This document shows positions 18,777 to 28,122 of a stretch of DNA of 64,000 nt, one piece after another (the stretch's first letter is position 1; every line of letters starts with the position of its first letter). The translations under genes and the position numbers were made by a program. The stretch lies in assembly GCA_046331265.1 (NCBI GenBank), contig JAXLRE010000003.1, positions 10,538 to 74,537 of the forward strand, written 5' to 3'. This DNA comes from Acidimicrobiia bacterium (GTDB lineage Bacteria > Actinomycetota > Acidimicrobiia > IMCC26256 > JAGPDB01). The notes beneath the pieces are model-generated. The model had not been told where the DNA came from. It was given only the letters and a program-made list of their open reading frames with translations, and did not search any database.

Positions 18777-19274
18777 ATGCCAGCAGCTAAGAAAGCAACA
18801 GCAGCAAAGCGCAAGCCTGCTGCAAAGAAAGCAGCAGCTAAAAAAGCTCCTGCAAAGAAAACAGCGGCACGTAAGCCAGCAGCTAAGAAAGCAGCAGCAA
18901 AGAAAACTACTGCTAAGAAAACTGCAGCTCGTAAGCCAGCAGCTAAGAAAGCAGCAGCAAAGAAAACTACTGCTAAGAAAACTGCAGCTCGTAAGCCAGC
19001 AGCTAAGAAAGCAGCAGCAAAGAAAACTACTGCTAAGAAAACTGCAGCTCGTAAGCCAGCAGCTAAGAAAGCAGCAGCAAAGAAAACTACTGCTAAGAAA
19101 ACTGCAGCTCGTAAGCCAGCAGCTAAGAAAGCAGCAGCAAAGAAAACTACTGCTAAGAAAACTGCAGCTCGTAAGCCAGCAGCTAAGAAAGCAGCAGCAA
19201 AGAAAACTACAGCTCGTAAACCAGCTGCTAGAAAAACAACTGCACGTAAAACTGCAAAGCGTAAAGCTCGATAA
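18777..19274 (+). CDS. Lys/Ala-rich histone H1-like protein (corresponds to the C-terminal tail of mycobacterial HupB)
   Basis: ATG at 18777 preceded by AAAGGTGG. About 165 aa of (P)[19 protein letters not shown] repeats. The reading frame stays open upstream to 18702. Confidence 0.75.
   Translation: MPAAKKATAAKRKPAAKKAAAKKAPAKKTAARKPAAKKAAAKKTTAKKTAARKPAAKKAAAKKTTAKKTAARKPAAKKAAAKKTTAKKTAARKPAAKKAAAKKTTAKKTAARKPAAKKAAAKKTTAKKTAARKPAAKKAAAKKTTARKPAARKTTARKTAKRKAR
18871..19210 (+). repeat. perfect 60-bp tandem repeat, about 5.7 units
   Basis: The sequence lines beginning at 18901, 18961, 19021, 19081 and 19141 are identical. Each unit encodes 20 aa ([20 protein letters not shown]). Confidence 0.95.
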
Positions 19275-19290
19275 ATTTCGTAGCTATGGA

Positions 19291-19316
19291 AAAGGGGCCA
19301 TATGGCCCCTTTTTTT
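19291..19316 (+). terminator. rho-independent terminator
   Basis: GGGGCC-ATAT-GGCCCC followed by seven T, located 17 nt after the stop of the Lys-rich gene. Confidence 0.75.
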
Positions 19317-19318
19317 AT

Positions 19319-19963
19319 ATGAGTAACAAACATTCACTCTTGTATAAATTTTCTAGTTCTATATTGCTTTCTTTATATTTGCTATTAACTCGAAACAAAA
19401 TTGAAGGAGAGCATTTTTTACCTAAAAGTGGACCGGTAATTCTTGTCAGTAATCATATTTCATTTATAGATCCTTTTGCGTTGGGTTACCTAGCTCGTCG
19501 AAGAAAAAGACAAATTCATTTTTTAGCTAAAAGTGAGCTATTCAAGAATAAAATATTAAGAAAATATTTTTTAGCATGTGGACAAATCCCCGTTAACCGC
19601 CAATCGGAAAACGCAAAAGATGCATTAATTTATGCAAGGCAATCTTTAGAGAATGGACATGTCGTTGGGATCTTTCCAGAAGGAACAATGCCGCTTGATC
19701 TAGTTCAATTGCCCATAAAAACTGGTGCTATACGATTAGCACAAGATACTGGTGCCCCTATAGTTGTGGTTGGGGCATTTGGTGCGCATGATATTTGGCG
19801 AAAAGGACATAAGCCGAAGCTTAAATTTAGAGCCAAACATTATATGGTTTTACTTCCAGAATATTTTGTTTCCAAAGATGCTTCAATTGAAACCGAAAAG
19901 GTAGTGCTTGCAGAAAAAATGCTTGATGCGACAGCAAAAGCAAAATCAAAGTTAAGATTATAA
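19319..19963 (+). CDS. plsC: 1-acyl-sn-glycerol-3-phosphate acyltransferase
   Basis: NHISFIDP (HX4D) and FPEGT motifs. I prefer the ATG at 19319 because the track start at 19286 lies inside the terminator hairpin. Confidence 0.75.
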   Translation: MSNKHSLLYKFSSSILLSLYLLLTRNKIEGEHFLPKSGPVILVSNHISFIDPFALGYLARRRKRQIHFLAKSELFKNKILRKYFLACGQIPVNRQSENAKDALIYARQSLENGHVVGIFPEGTMPLDLVQLPIKTGAIRLAQDTGAPIVVVGAFGAHDIWRKGHKPKLKFRAKHYMVLLPEYFVSKDASIETEKVVLAEKMLDATAKAKSKLRL

Positions 19964-19965
19964 GC

Positions 19966-20949
19966 GTGATCGGAATTGTAGGCGCGGGAGCGTGGGGGAC
20001 AACACTTTCTCATATATTAAGCGACAAAGATGATGTTGTTTTATATTTACGAGATAAAGATTTAGCTAAAGAAATTGAAGAGCATCGAGTAAATAAAAAA
20101 TATTTACCGGAAGTAAATTTATCTTCACGAGTTCGTGCTACTTCAAACATCGAAGAAATGTCAGAGGCAGAACAAGTCGTTATTGCTGTTCCCTCAATAG
20201 GATTTCGTCAAGCGGTAGTTGAATTATCATTTTTACCTTCTGAAATAACATATGTTTCAGTAACTAAAGGTTTGGAACAGCAAACTAATCTAAGAATGAG
20301 TGAAGTAATTACTGATGCTGATAATCGAAAAACGTTTGAATCAATTGCAGTTTTATCAGGACCTAATTTGGCACACGAAATAGCATCAGGCCACCCTGCT
20401 GCAACTGTGATTTCAAGTACTAATGAGGATGTTCGTTTAGTCCTGCAAAAGAAATTCATGACAAAGAATTTTCGTGTATATACAAGTGATGATGTTCTTG
20501 GATGTGAAGTTGGAGGTATTGCAAAAAATGTTGTGGCTATAGCTGTTGGGATCGGCGATGGTTTTGGATACGGAGATAATGCAAAAGCAGCGATTATGAC
20601 AAGATCATTGGCAGAAATTACACGCCTTGGAATAGCTATGGGCGCAAATGCTTCTACCTTTTCCGGATTAGCTGGTATTGGAGATTTAATTGCTACATGT
20701 TCTAGTGATTTATCTCGAAATAGAACTGTTGGATATCAGCTAGGAAAAGGTCAAACTTTAGAAGAGATAAGAAGTTCAAGTCATGATATTGCAGAAGGTG
20801 TTTTTTCTGCTGCATCATTAGCATCTATTGCAAGACAATTTAATGTAGACATGCCTATCGTGAACTCGACTCTTAAAGTTATACAGCAAGGATACGTAAC
20901 GAAAAGTGATGTAGAGACATTAATGACTAGGCCTCCGTCGAAAGAGTAG
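19966..20949 (+). CDS. gpsA: NAD(P)H-dependent glycerol-3-phosphate dehydrogenase
   Basis: 327 aa. Has GAGAWGT Rossmann motif, and the full-length sequence resembles GpsA. Confidence 0.9.
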   Translation: MIGIVGAGAWGTTLSHILSDKDDVVLYLRDKDLAKEIEEHRVNKKYLPEVNLSSRVRATSNIEEMSEAEQVVIAVPSIGFRQAVVELSFLPSEITYVSVTKGLEQQTNLRMSEVITDADNRKTFESIAVLSGPNLAHEIASGHPAATVISSTNEDVRLVLQKKFMTKNFRVYTSDDVLGCEVGGIAKNVVAIAVGIGDGFGYGDNAKAAIMTRSLAEITRLGIAMGANASTFSGLAGIGDLIATCSSDLSRNRTVGYQLGKGQTLEEIRSSSHDIAEGVFSAASLASIARQFNVDMPIVNSTLKVIQQGYVTKSDVETLMTRPPSKE

Positions 20950-20951
20950 TT

Positions 20952-21608
20952 ATGTCATTGACAATTTATCCGGGCAACGAAATTGAGCAAAAGTTAATAG
21001 TCGCTGGTAAAACTGTCTGCGCAATGGACGAAGTCGGTAGAGGTGCATGGGCTGGGCCTTTAGTAATCGCATGTGTTATCCCAGGTGCTGGAACTATTGA
21101 AGGTGTTCGTGACTCAAAAAAAATATCAATAAAAAAACGAGAGCAACTTAGCGAAAAAATTTGGGCATGGGCTAAGACTATAGGTATAGGTGCGACAAGC
21201 AACGAAGAGATTGATAAATATGGTCTAGGCAGATGTCTGACCATAGCTGCTATTCGTGCATTAGAAAATATAGATAAATTATTCAAACCTGATTATGTGC
21301 TGTTAGATGGTTCGCACAATTTCATTAAAAATAACTCTTATGAAGTTCAGACTATTGTTAAAGGCGACAATATTTCTCACGCAATTGCAGCCGCATCCAT
21401 TGTTGCTAAAGTCTACCGAGACAATATTATGAGTTCGACAGAATGTATCGACAAATATGGCGTATATGGTTTTGAAAAAAATAAAGGATACCCATCTCCC
21501 GCGCATAGACAAGCACTTTCTCAATATGGACCTTGTGATATGCATCGTGTTTCGTGGAATATATTTGAACCAATAGATGAAAGTATGATCGCTGACGCAC
21601 TAGTCTAG
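20952..21608 (+). CDS. rnhB: ribonuclease HII
   Basis: 218 aa. Has the DEVGRGAWAGPLV catalytic motif. Confidence 0.9.
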   Translation: MSLTIYPGNEIEQKLIVAGKTVCAMDEVGRGAWAGPLVIACVIPGAGTIEGVRDSKKISIKKREQLSEKIWAWAKTIGIGATSNEEIDKYGLGRCLTIAAIRALENIDKLFKPDYVLLDGSHNFIKNNSYEVQTIVKGDNISHAIAAASIVAKVYRDNIMSSTECIDKYGVYGFEKNKGYPSPAHRQALSQYGPCDMHRVSWNIFEPIDESMIADALV

Positions 21609-21612
21609 AAAT

Positions 21613-21906
21613 ATGGGACAAAACATCACTATATCTAAATTGCCTAGTGCATCTGATTCTATTCATTTATATCAATTAAATAGATCGTTATCAGGAATGG
21701 AAATTCTTAATTATGCTGACCATGATATGGTCGTTGACGAAAATGATCCTTCACAAGTTTTGGCAAAACGTCTTTTTGATATAGGGGTACAAGAAGTAAG
21801 CGTATATTCAAATGTCGTAACTATTACCTGCGAAAATGATGTTTTCAATAAGATTCAAAACAAAATCGAGAAAATTATCGAAGATCTTTTCATTTATTAT
21901 ATTTAA
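21613..21906 (+). CDS. Nfu/NifU N-terminal-like domain protein
   Basis: 97 aa. The pattern LAKRLFDIGVQEVSVYSNVVTITCE resembles the Nfu_N scaffold domain. This is a weak call. Confidence 0.4.
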   Translation: MGQNITISKLPSASDSIHLYQLNRSLSGMEILNYADHDMVVDENDPSQVLAKRLFDIGVQEVSVYSNVVTITCENDVFNKIQNKIEKIIEDLFIYYI

Positions 21907-21945
21907 ACCTGATTTTATTTGCTTTAAGCGTCTAATCTGGCCGGA

Positions 21946-23184
21946 GTGAAATTACGACTTACGCCTACGAGATTATTTACGCGTGCAACTGCTTTTGTGC
22001 GTAATGATCCTGTTAGTGTAAAAACAGGATTTGTCTCGCTTGTAATTTCAATGATTGCTGGTTTAATAGCCGGAATTGTTTTAGGTTCTATCACGAAAAC
22101 GCTTGTGGCATTGCCTGGATTAGTTGTCTTAGCCCCAGCAGCTATTGGCTTGCGGGGAAATGTTTTTGGAGCTCTAGCTAGTCGACTGTCAACAATTGCT
22201 CAACTGGGAGATTTGAGATTTAGCAAAAGATTAAATACAACGATTGGTCAAAACCTTGTTTCCTCAACTTTGCTTTCTTTATCATGTTCTTTCTTTTTAG
22301 CGGGAATTGCAAAGATCGTTTCTGAAGCTTTTGGAATTAAAAATGCTATCTCATATACTGATTTTTTTGTCATATCAATTCTTGGAGGATTAATCCCAAC
22401 ATTGCTTGTGATGATAATGACTATATTTCTGGCATTGGCATGTGTAAAAAAACAATGGGATTTAGATAATGTTGGAGCACCACTAATAACAGCTACAGGG
22501 GATATGGTTACAATCCCATCATTAGTGTTAGCTACGTTAATTGTTAATCGTTCATGGATAACAGTATCAGTTTCTATATTGGCGTCAATTTTTGCATTGA
22601 CCTTATTCGTTTATGGACTAGCTACAAGACAACTAGTCCTAAGACGTATTTATAGAGAATCGTTTCCTCTTTTAATAGTTGGTGGTTTTATCTCAATACT
22701 TGCTGGTCTAACAGTTCAAGGAAGAATATCGTCATTGTCTCAGTACCCGATTTTTATCATGATGGTTCCTCCATTGCTGAGTCTAAATGGAGCTATAGGT
22801 TCTATTTTTTCTGCAAGGGTTTCTACTAAGTTACATCTTGGTCTTGTTCGTTCAGAAAAATTTACTCTTTCTCCAATAACAGAAGATATAACTTTGGCGT
22901 ATGTTCTTAGCGTTCCTATATTCATGTCTTTTGGTATTTTTTGCGGTATATATTCAAATTTTGGACATCTAACTGGACCTGGTATTGGTTCAACGATAGT
23001 AGTCGCATTCATAGCCGGAATTGTTTCAACAACATTATCGAATATTGTTGGGTATCTGACTGCTGTTATGTCATATCGTTTCGGTCTAGATCCGGATAAT
23101 TTTGCTGTTCCTGCAGTGACTAGTTTGTCAGATCTTATTGGCGCCGTAATACTCATGTTAGCTATTGGAGTTTTAAATGTATAA
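21946..23184 (+). CDS. MgtE-like divalent cation transporter membrane protein (duplicated domain)
   Basis: 412 aa and polytopic. Two repeats carry LRGNVFGALASRLST / LNGAIGSIFSARVST motifs, as in the SLC41/MgtE membrane domain. Confidence 0.6.
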   Translation: MKLRLTPTRLFTRATAFVRNDPVSVKTGFVSLVISMIAGLIAGIVLGSITKTLVALPGLVVLAPAAIGLRGNVFGALASRLSTIAQLGDLRFSKRLNTTIGQNLVSSTLLSLSCSFFLAGIAKIVSEAFGIKNAISYTDFFVISILGGLIPTLLVMIMTIFLALACVKKQWDLDNVGAPLITATGDMVTIPSLVLATLIVNRSWITVSVSILASIFALTLFVYGLATRQLVLRRIYRESFPLLIVGGFISILAGLTVQGRISSLSQYPIFIMMVPPLLSLNGAIGSIFSARVSTKLHLGLVRSEKFTLSPITEDITLAYVLSVPIFMSFGIFCGIYSNFGHLTGPGIGSTIVVAFIAGIVSTTLSNIVGYLTAVMSYRFGLDPDNFAVPAVTSLSDLIGAVILMLAIGVLNV

Positions 23185-23213
23185 CAATATATTCTTATTA
23201 AAAGGAGCAAAAA

Positions 23214-24443
23214 ATGGATGAGTCCCCGCGCAATCTGCGGAACATGCTTGCAGAGGCAAAAGATCATTCTGAGCTTATGATTGATTTAGCTTACGCGGCT
23301 TTGTTTTTTAACGATGAAAACATGGCACAAGAAGTTGATGATCTAGAAGATGACATGTTGGATCGTATACATGATATGCGTGAGATATGTATCCTCGCAG
23401 CACGAAATGTTCGTGAAGCAGAACAAATGAGTTCTGTATTGCTTGTTGTAAGTGCAATAGAACGTATGAGCGTCGCTGCAACCGATATAGCGCGCATCGT
23501 AACGCACGATCTTGGTATACCTGCCGCTTTATTACATGATCTTGCGCATGCGCAAGAAGTATCTCATCGTGTACGTGTTCGTGAAGATTCCGGCTTAGCT
23601 CAAAAAAGTCTCGAAGAGCTCGAGTTACCAACAGAATTATCTATGCGTGTCGTTGCAATAAGACGATCGAAAGCATGGATTATTGATCCTGATGGTGATG
23701 AAATAATAATGCCAGATGATGTCTTAATTGTTAGAGGATCTCCAGACGGAATTGCTGGGTTACGCTCCATGGCAGGTGCTCCAGAATTTAATCTGCCTCC
23801 CGCTGTTGACGATGGTGCTCTAACCGATTTGGATCGTGCTGTAGATGTGCTCGTAGAGATGAAAGATATTTCTGAAGTAGCAGTTGGACTTGCATACAGT
23901 GCAATATTATTTTCAGATCGATCATTGGCTGCGGAAGTAGCCCATCTTGAAGACAGAATCGATGAAATGCGTGAACATCTTGAGGTTTGGATATTACGTT
24001 CAGCAGCTGAAACAATCGACCCATCTTCACTTCGTGGTTTACTCCGTCTTGGTGGCGCTGCTGAAGAGATCGGTGATGCTGCTCAACAACTTGTTTGGCT
24101 GATCGAACGAGATGAAGAGATGCATCCAATATTACAAATTTCTTTAGGTGAAAGCGATGAAGTTGTTGTGCGTATGCCAGTTGCTGCTAACAGTCAAATA
24201 AGCGAAAAAACTCTGAAAGAAACACAACTTGAAATTGAAACAGGTTTCTTTTTACTTGCAATAAGACGTGCATCTCGATATGTTTATCGTCCACGTAGTA
24301 CACAAGTTATAAAAGCAGATGATGAGTTAATTGCAATTGGGCCTGGGGAAGGTCGAGAATATTTAGCTCAACTATGTGGGTATAACTTTATGCAAGACGA
24401 TGAAACAGGAGAATTTGAAATAGTTCTAGCAGATCAAAATTAA
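23214..24443 (+). CDS. PhoU-like plus TrkA-C (RCK_C) domain regulatory protein
   Basis: 409 aa with an alternating helical PhoU-like region and TrkA-C-like repeat (LEELELPTELSMRVVAIRR...IIMPDDVLIVRG). This type of protein is commonly paired with the upstream transporter type. Confidence 0.55.
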   Translation: MDESPRNLRNMLAEAKDHSELMIDLAYAALFFNDENMAQEVDDLEDDMLDRIHDMREICILAARNVREAEQMSSVLLVVSAIERMSVAATDIARIVTHDLGIPAALLHDLAHAQEVSHRVRVREDSGLAQKSLEELELPTELSMRVVAIRRSKAWIIDPDGDEIIMPDDVLIVRGSPDGIAGLRSMAGAPEFNLPPAVDDGALTDLDRAVDVLVEMKDISEVAVGLAYSAILFSDRSLAAEVAHLEDRIDEMREHLEVWILRSAAETIDPSSLRGLLRLGGAAEEIGDAAQQLVWLIERDEEMHPILQISLGESDEVVVRMPVAANSQISEKTLKETQLEIETGFFLLAIRRASRYVYRPRSTQVIKADDELIAIGPGEGREYLAQLCGYNFMQDDETGEFEIVLADQN

Positions 24444-26365
24444 GTAGCAGGAGTAGCTGTTGTGCTTGGTTGTCCTGCCACTGGTTTTGTTCCTCGATTA
24501 ACTTTTCGGGGAACCATATTGTATGTCCAGCGATAGCGTTCTTTTTTCCCTGGCTTACCAGGTCGGTCGACAGTTCTGAAATTATCGACAACAATTCCTG
24601 GATATCCTTTTTGTGTTTCTTTTTCTTTTCCAACTTCTAATGTTGGATCATCTGTATACTTTGTTTCGATTTCTGTACGTGAAATTTCGACTGGACCTTC
24701 GAGGGTAACTTTTCTGCCTTCTTTATTTCCATAGAGTGTAACTGTAACGCTTGTTGCTCCGACATAAGTTTTAATTAATATTCCAGATTTGGAATCATTG
24801 TTAAATGCCATGTCAATTGATCCATAATTTAAGGTCGCTTCACGGCCCATTGGATATCTGCTTATATAAATACTGTGGGGTGAATGCGTAATATCTTTAT
24901 ACCCACCTATGAAAGCTGCATTAAATAATGTTGTTGAAAATTGTGATGCGCCTCCACCAAAATCTTCAAAAAATCCATCTTTATCTGAGAAAACAGGGGC
25001 TTTTACATATCCGTTTTCTGCTGTTCGTCTGCCGAGCTTATTATTTAGTGAAAAAGTTACACCTGGTTCAAGGACTGTATTATTTACAACTTCTGCAGCA
25101 CGTCGGATATTTTTAACTCGTTCTTGACCTGCTGTAAAGTTTGTTGTGAAAGATGAAACAACTTCTGTGATATTTAAACTCTTTGCCCAACCAGTGTCAT
25201 GTTTAGGAGAAAAGTTTTTAATTGCTGCGACAAAGTTATGTTCGCCCTTTATCCAGAGTTTTAGTGCTGCAGTAAAATCTATTTGCTTCCCATCAACGCT
25301 CGGAACGACACTTACGCCCGTACCATTAACTGAAAATGAAGCATCTACAGGGGCTACTTCTACAGCACTTAGCTGAGAGGCTAATAAAGTTCTTATTTTT
25401 TCGTTATTTATACCAATCTTTAGAACTTTGTCCTTAGGAGTCACTTCTATAGATTGTGCTAATTGTGATGCGGTTATAGCTAATGTGTTTCCACCAGGTG
25501 TTGTTAATACAGAATCAGCACTAAACATTTTGCGCAATATGTCTGCAGTTTTATTTGCTTGTTCTAGAGATATTTTCGCTTGAACTTTCTCTACATTCAA
25601 GGATTGTTTCTTATCATTAAAGCTGACGATAGAAGCAGAGATAGCTGATTCTACTTGCTTCTCGGTTACACCTAATCCTGATTTAGGCTTTATAATGCTT
25701 ACTTTTGTTCCATCTATTTTTACGCCAGCATTCGCTTGGCCTTTTGAGAATCTATCTACAACTTTTGCAACAGCTAAATCATATTTTTTCGAATTTAATT
25801 TATATTCAATATTAATTTTTTCTTTTACGCTGTATCTTTTTATTGTGCCAGGAACAACCTCTAATGGGTTAAGAGAATCACCAATTTTTGAAGCTTTCAA
25901 TACAGATTTTTTGGTTTCGTAGATTAATCCAATATCTTGAGAAGAAATTGAAACCGATTTGTTGCCTAGAGTCAGTGTTATTGGCGTTTCTAGAGCATTT
26001 TTGACATTTTTATCTAATGTATTTGCTGCTTGGGTTATTGTCTTTCCGCCAACATTTACACCACTAATTGAGACACCTTTTGCGATTTTATTTCCTCTAA
26101 AAATCACATCTGCGTAACATAGAGAAAAAATTAAAGCTAGGACTATAAGAAAAGCAACAATTATTCGCTTATTAATTTTAAAAAATTGATTAAAAGATTT
26201 TTTTTCAACTTGAATTTCGTTTTTGTCGCCATCATGACCAGTGAGTATCTCAATACCATGAGAATCTTCGAATAAAGTTAAATCGATAACTGGCTGTTCA
26301 CCAAAATTTTCTCGAGAACGCGCAACTTCTATTAAGTCTTGTGATGTTGTCGGGGAATTGGCCAC
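24440..26365 (-). CDS. VanW-family protein with N-terminal TM anchor and C-terminal G5-like domain
   Basis: 641 aa. The VanW core is LEPGVTFSLNNKLGRRTAENGYVKAPVF...FGGGASQFSTTLFNAAF. A G5-like segment lies near the C-terminus. Confidence 0.8.
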   Translation of the reverse strand: MANSPTTSQDLIEVARSRENFGEQPVIDLTLFEDSHGIEILTGHDGDKNEIQVEKKSFNQFFKINKRIIVAFLIVLALIFSLCYADVIFRGNKIAKGVSISGVNVGGKTITQAANTLDKNVKNALETPITLTLGNKSVSISSQDIGLIYETKKSVLKASKIGDSLNPLEVVPGTIKRYSVKEKINIEYKLNSKKYDLAVAKVVDRFSKGQANAGVKIDGTKVSIIKPKSGLGVTEKQVESAISASIVSFNDKKQSLNVEKVQAKISLEQANKTADILRKMFSADSVLTTPGGNTLAITASQLAQSIEVTPKDKVLKIGINNEKIRTLLASQLSAVEVAPVDASFSVNGTGVSVVPSVDGKQIDFTAALKLWIKGEHNFVAAIKNFSPKHDTGWAKSLNITEVVSSFTTNFTAGQERVKNIRRAAEVVNNTVLEPGVTFSLNNKLGRRTAENGYVKAPVFSDKDGFFEDFGGGASQFSTTLFNAAFIGGYKDITHSPHSIYISRYPMGREATLNYGSIDMAFNNDSKSGILIKTYVGATSVTVTLYGNKEGRKVTLEGPVEISRTEIETKYTDDPTLEVGKEKETQKGYPGIVVDNFRTVDRPGKPGKKERYRWTYNMVPRKVNRGTKPVAGQPSTTATPAT

Positions 26366-26467
26366 CCAGTAACGCTAGTAGAACAAGTCCAATTTTGTCA
26401 GATCCGACATAGATTAATTTATGGGATTTGTTGATATGGCAAAGGTAATCGGTGATAGCCTACATAT

Positions 26468-26818
26468 GTGAAAATTCACATTTATGACTCGTCTTCGAAA
26501 GAATTTGTATTAGTTGATGACCAGGCTGACCTGGTATATCGAGCCATGGGAACTTCGTCAGATCCCAGAATATCATCATGTCTTGATTGTCGAAGCTGTG
26601 TTGTAGCTACAGAACCAATGAGTGTTTTGATCGATGAGCTAAGCGTGATTAATGTAAATGAATCAGATTTTCTAGGAAATTTAGCGGAATATGTTGAAAA
26701 TTCGGAATCTGTCCACCTTTATCTACAAGAGGAAAACGATTGTGGTCACTTTCTTTGGAGAGATCCATTAGCGGTGGAGTGGAGTTCAATAACCGGCGAA
26801 AAGCGGCTACATCGTTAA
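26468..26818 (+). CDS. hypothetical protein
   Basis: 116-aa ORF with a GTG start and no recognisable motif. Confidence 0.35.
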   Translation: MKIHIYDSSSKEFVLVDDQADLVYRAMGTSSDPRISSCLDCRSCVVATEPMSVLIDELSVINVNESDFLGNLAEYVENSESVHLYLQEENDCGHFLWRDPLAVEWSSITGEKRLHR

Positions 26819-27342
26819 AATACGATGAATCTGCAAGCCAAATATCCAAAAAGCAAACCTAAAATTAGACCTGCAGTAATATCGCTTAAATGATGCATCC
26901 TTGTATAAAGTCTCGTATAAGCGACGAGAATTCCTAGAGGAAACAAAAATATTGCAGCTAAATGATAAGAACTTGAAAGCAAAGTTGCTGCGCACATTGC
27001 GGCAACGGCGTGACCAGATGGAAATGAAGAAGTTATTGGCATTCTTAGTCCATATGGCAATTTTTCGTGCTTGTTGTATGTATTTTCTTTTTCGTGTGGT
27101 CTGGCCCTGCGAAACATCCATTTTATCGGCCCGTTTGTTAAGCCTGATTCAACCAACATAACTACAGCGAAACGAAGAATATCTTTCCAGTCTCGAACTA
27201 TGAGAAAGCGTATAACTGCAAGTGCGAACCAGAGTATTGAATGATCAGCAAAATGTGAGAGACGATATAGAAAGGCATCTCTAATTTGGGTTCTTTTTAA
27301 AAGTAAATATTTGTCACCAAAATTATCTATGGTTTTAATCAT
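26815..27342 (-). CDS. PAP2-family phosphatase
   Basis: KWMFRRARP, PSGH and a TRMHHLSD-containing segment form the three PAP2 motifs. I prefer the ATG at 27342 (MIKTIDNF...), which overlaps the upstream gene by 8 nt rather than 95 nt. Confidence 0.75.
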   Translation of the reverse strand: MIKTIDNFGDKYLLLKRTQIRDAFLYRLSHFADHSILWFALAVIRFLIVRDWKDILRFAVVMLVESGLTNGPIKWMFRRARPHEKENTYNKHEKLPYGLRMPITSSFPSGHAVAAMCAATLLSSSYHLAAIFLFPLGILVAYTRLYTRMHHLSDITAGLILGLLFGYLACRFIVF

Positions 27343-28105
27343 GCTTTTTCCCTTGAGCTGGACAGATTTCCTTATATGAACACCAGTGACATAAAGGCCC
27401 GATATTTGCTCTGAAATCATTCTTTTCACATGCAGTACTAACTGCTTTATGTATCGCAGTGCTTTTAATTTCTATGCCTTTTAATTTAGAAAATGTTGGA
27501 GTTGCAGTAATAATTGTTGGTTCTTTTAAATATATAAGTTGAACTTTTGCAGGAAGAACACCAAAGATCTGGTGACATAAATAAGAATATAAATACACCC
27601 CTGCAAATTTTGAATCTTCATTTGAGGTTCTTGGGGTTGATCCAGTCTTGTAGTCGGAAACAATAAGATTTGAATTATCATCTAATTCTAACCTGTCTAT
27701 GATTCCTCTTAAAAGTGTGTTCTCGTTTTTATATTCAAGTTTTATTTCAATACCAATTGGGATTATTAGCTCTGGATTTTCTAATTTAAAATAATTTTTG
27801 ATTAAAGATTCACAATCGTGCTTTAATTGTTTTTGTTCAACATCATTAAGATTTAATTCACAAAGTTCAGGCATTGATGAGTATTCAATAAAGGATCGAT
27901 CGAGCATTTCAAAAGCTAGATTTTTAGATCTTTTATTTGGCTCATGATGAAAAAGAAGTTCAAGTGCTCGATGGACAATATTCCCACGTGTTGCCGCTAG
28001 CTGAGGCTTTTGTGGAAGCTTATCTATATATGCATATTTGAAAGCCAATGGACAGTTAGTAAACTGGGCTAGCGAGGTAGGTGAGTAGCTATTTGGTGCA
28101 AGCAT
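27335..28105 (-). CDS. PD-(D/E)XK nuclease (RecB/Cas4-like, Cys-cluster)
   Basis: 256 aa. GIIDRLEL...VSDYKTG nuclease motif. An N-terminal Cys (FTNCPLAF) plus C-terminal CHWCSYKEIC resembles Cas4/AddB-type Fe-S ligands. Confidence 0.65.
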   Translation of the reverse strand: MLAPNSYSPTSLAQFTNCPLAFKYAYIDKLPQKPQLAATRGNIVHRALELLFHHEPNKRSKNLAFEMLDRSFIEYSSMPELCELNLNDVEQKQLKHDCESLIKNYFKLENPELIIPIGIEIKLEYKNENTLLRGIIDRLELDDNSNLIVSDYKTGSTPRTSNEDSKFAGVYLYSYLCHQIFGVLPAKVQLIYLKEPTIITATPTFSKLKGIEIKSTAIHKAVSTACEKNDFRANIGPLCHWCSYKEICPAQGKKHD

Positions 28106-28122
28106 TACTTTTAGCTTAATTG

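Noticed and set aside
18871-19210. Regular 60-bp repeats considered as a CRISPR array
   Set aside because: The units are directly abutting with no unique spacers, they lie inside a coding frame, and no cas genes are present.
18736-19333. Long ORFs in the two alternative frames/strands over the Lys/Ala repeat (18736-19326 plus strand, 18740-19333 minus strand)
   Set aside because: They are by-products of the 60-bp periodic GC-biased repeat, which lacks stops in several frames. Their products are nonsensical low-complexity Q/L/R or A/F/L strings. The plus-frame KA-rich protein has an SD and matches the known HupB tail.
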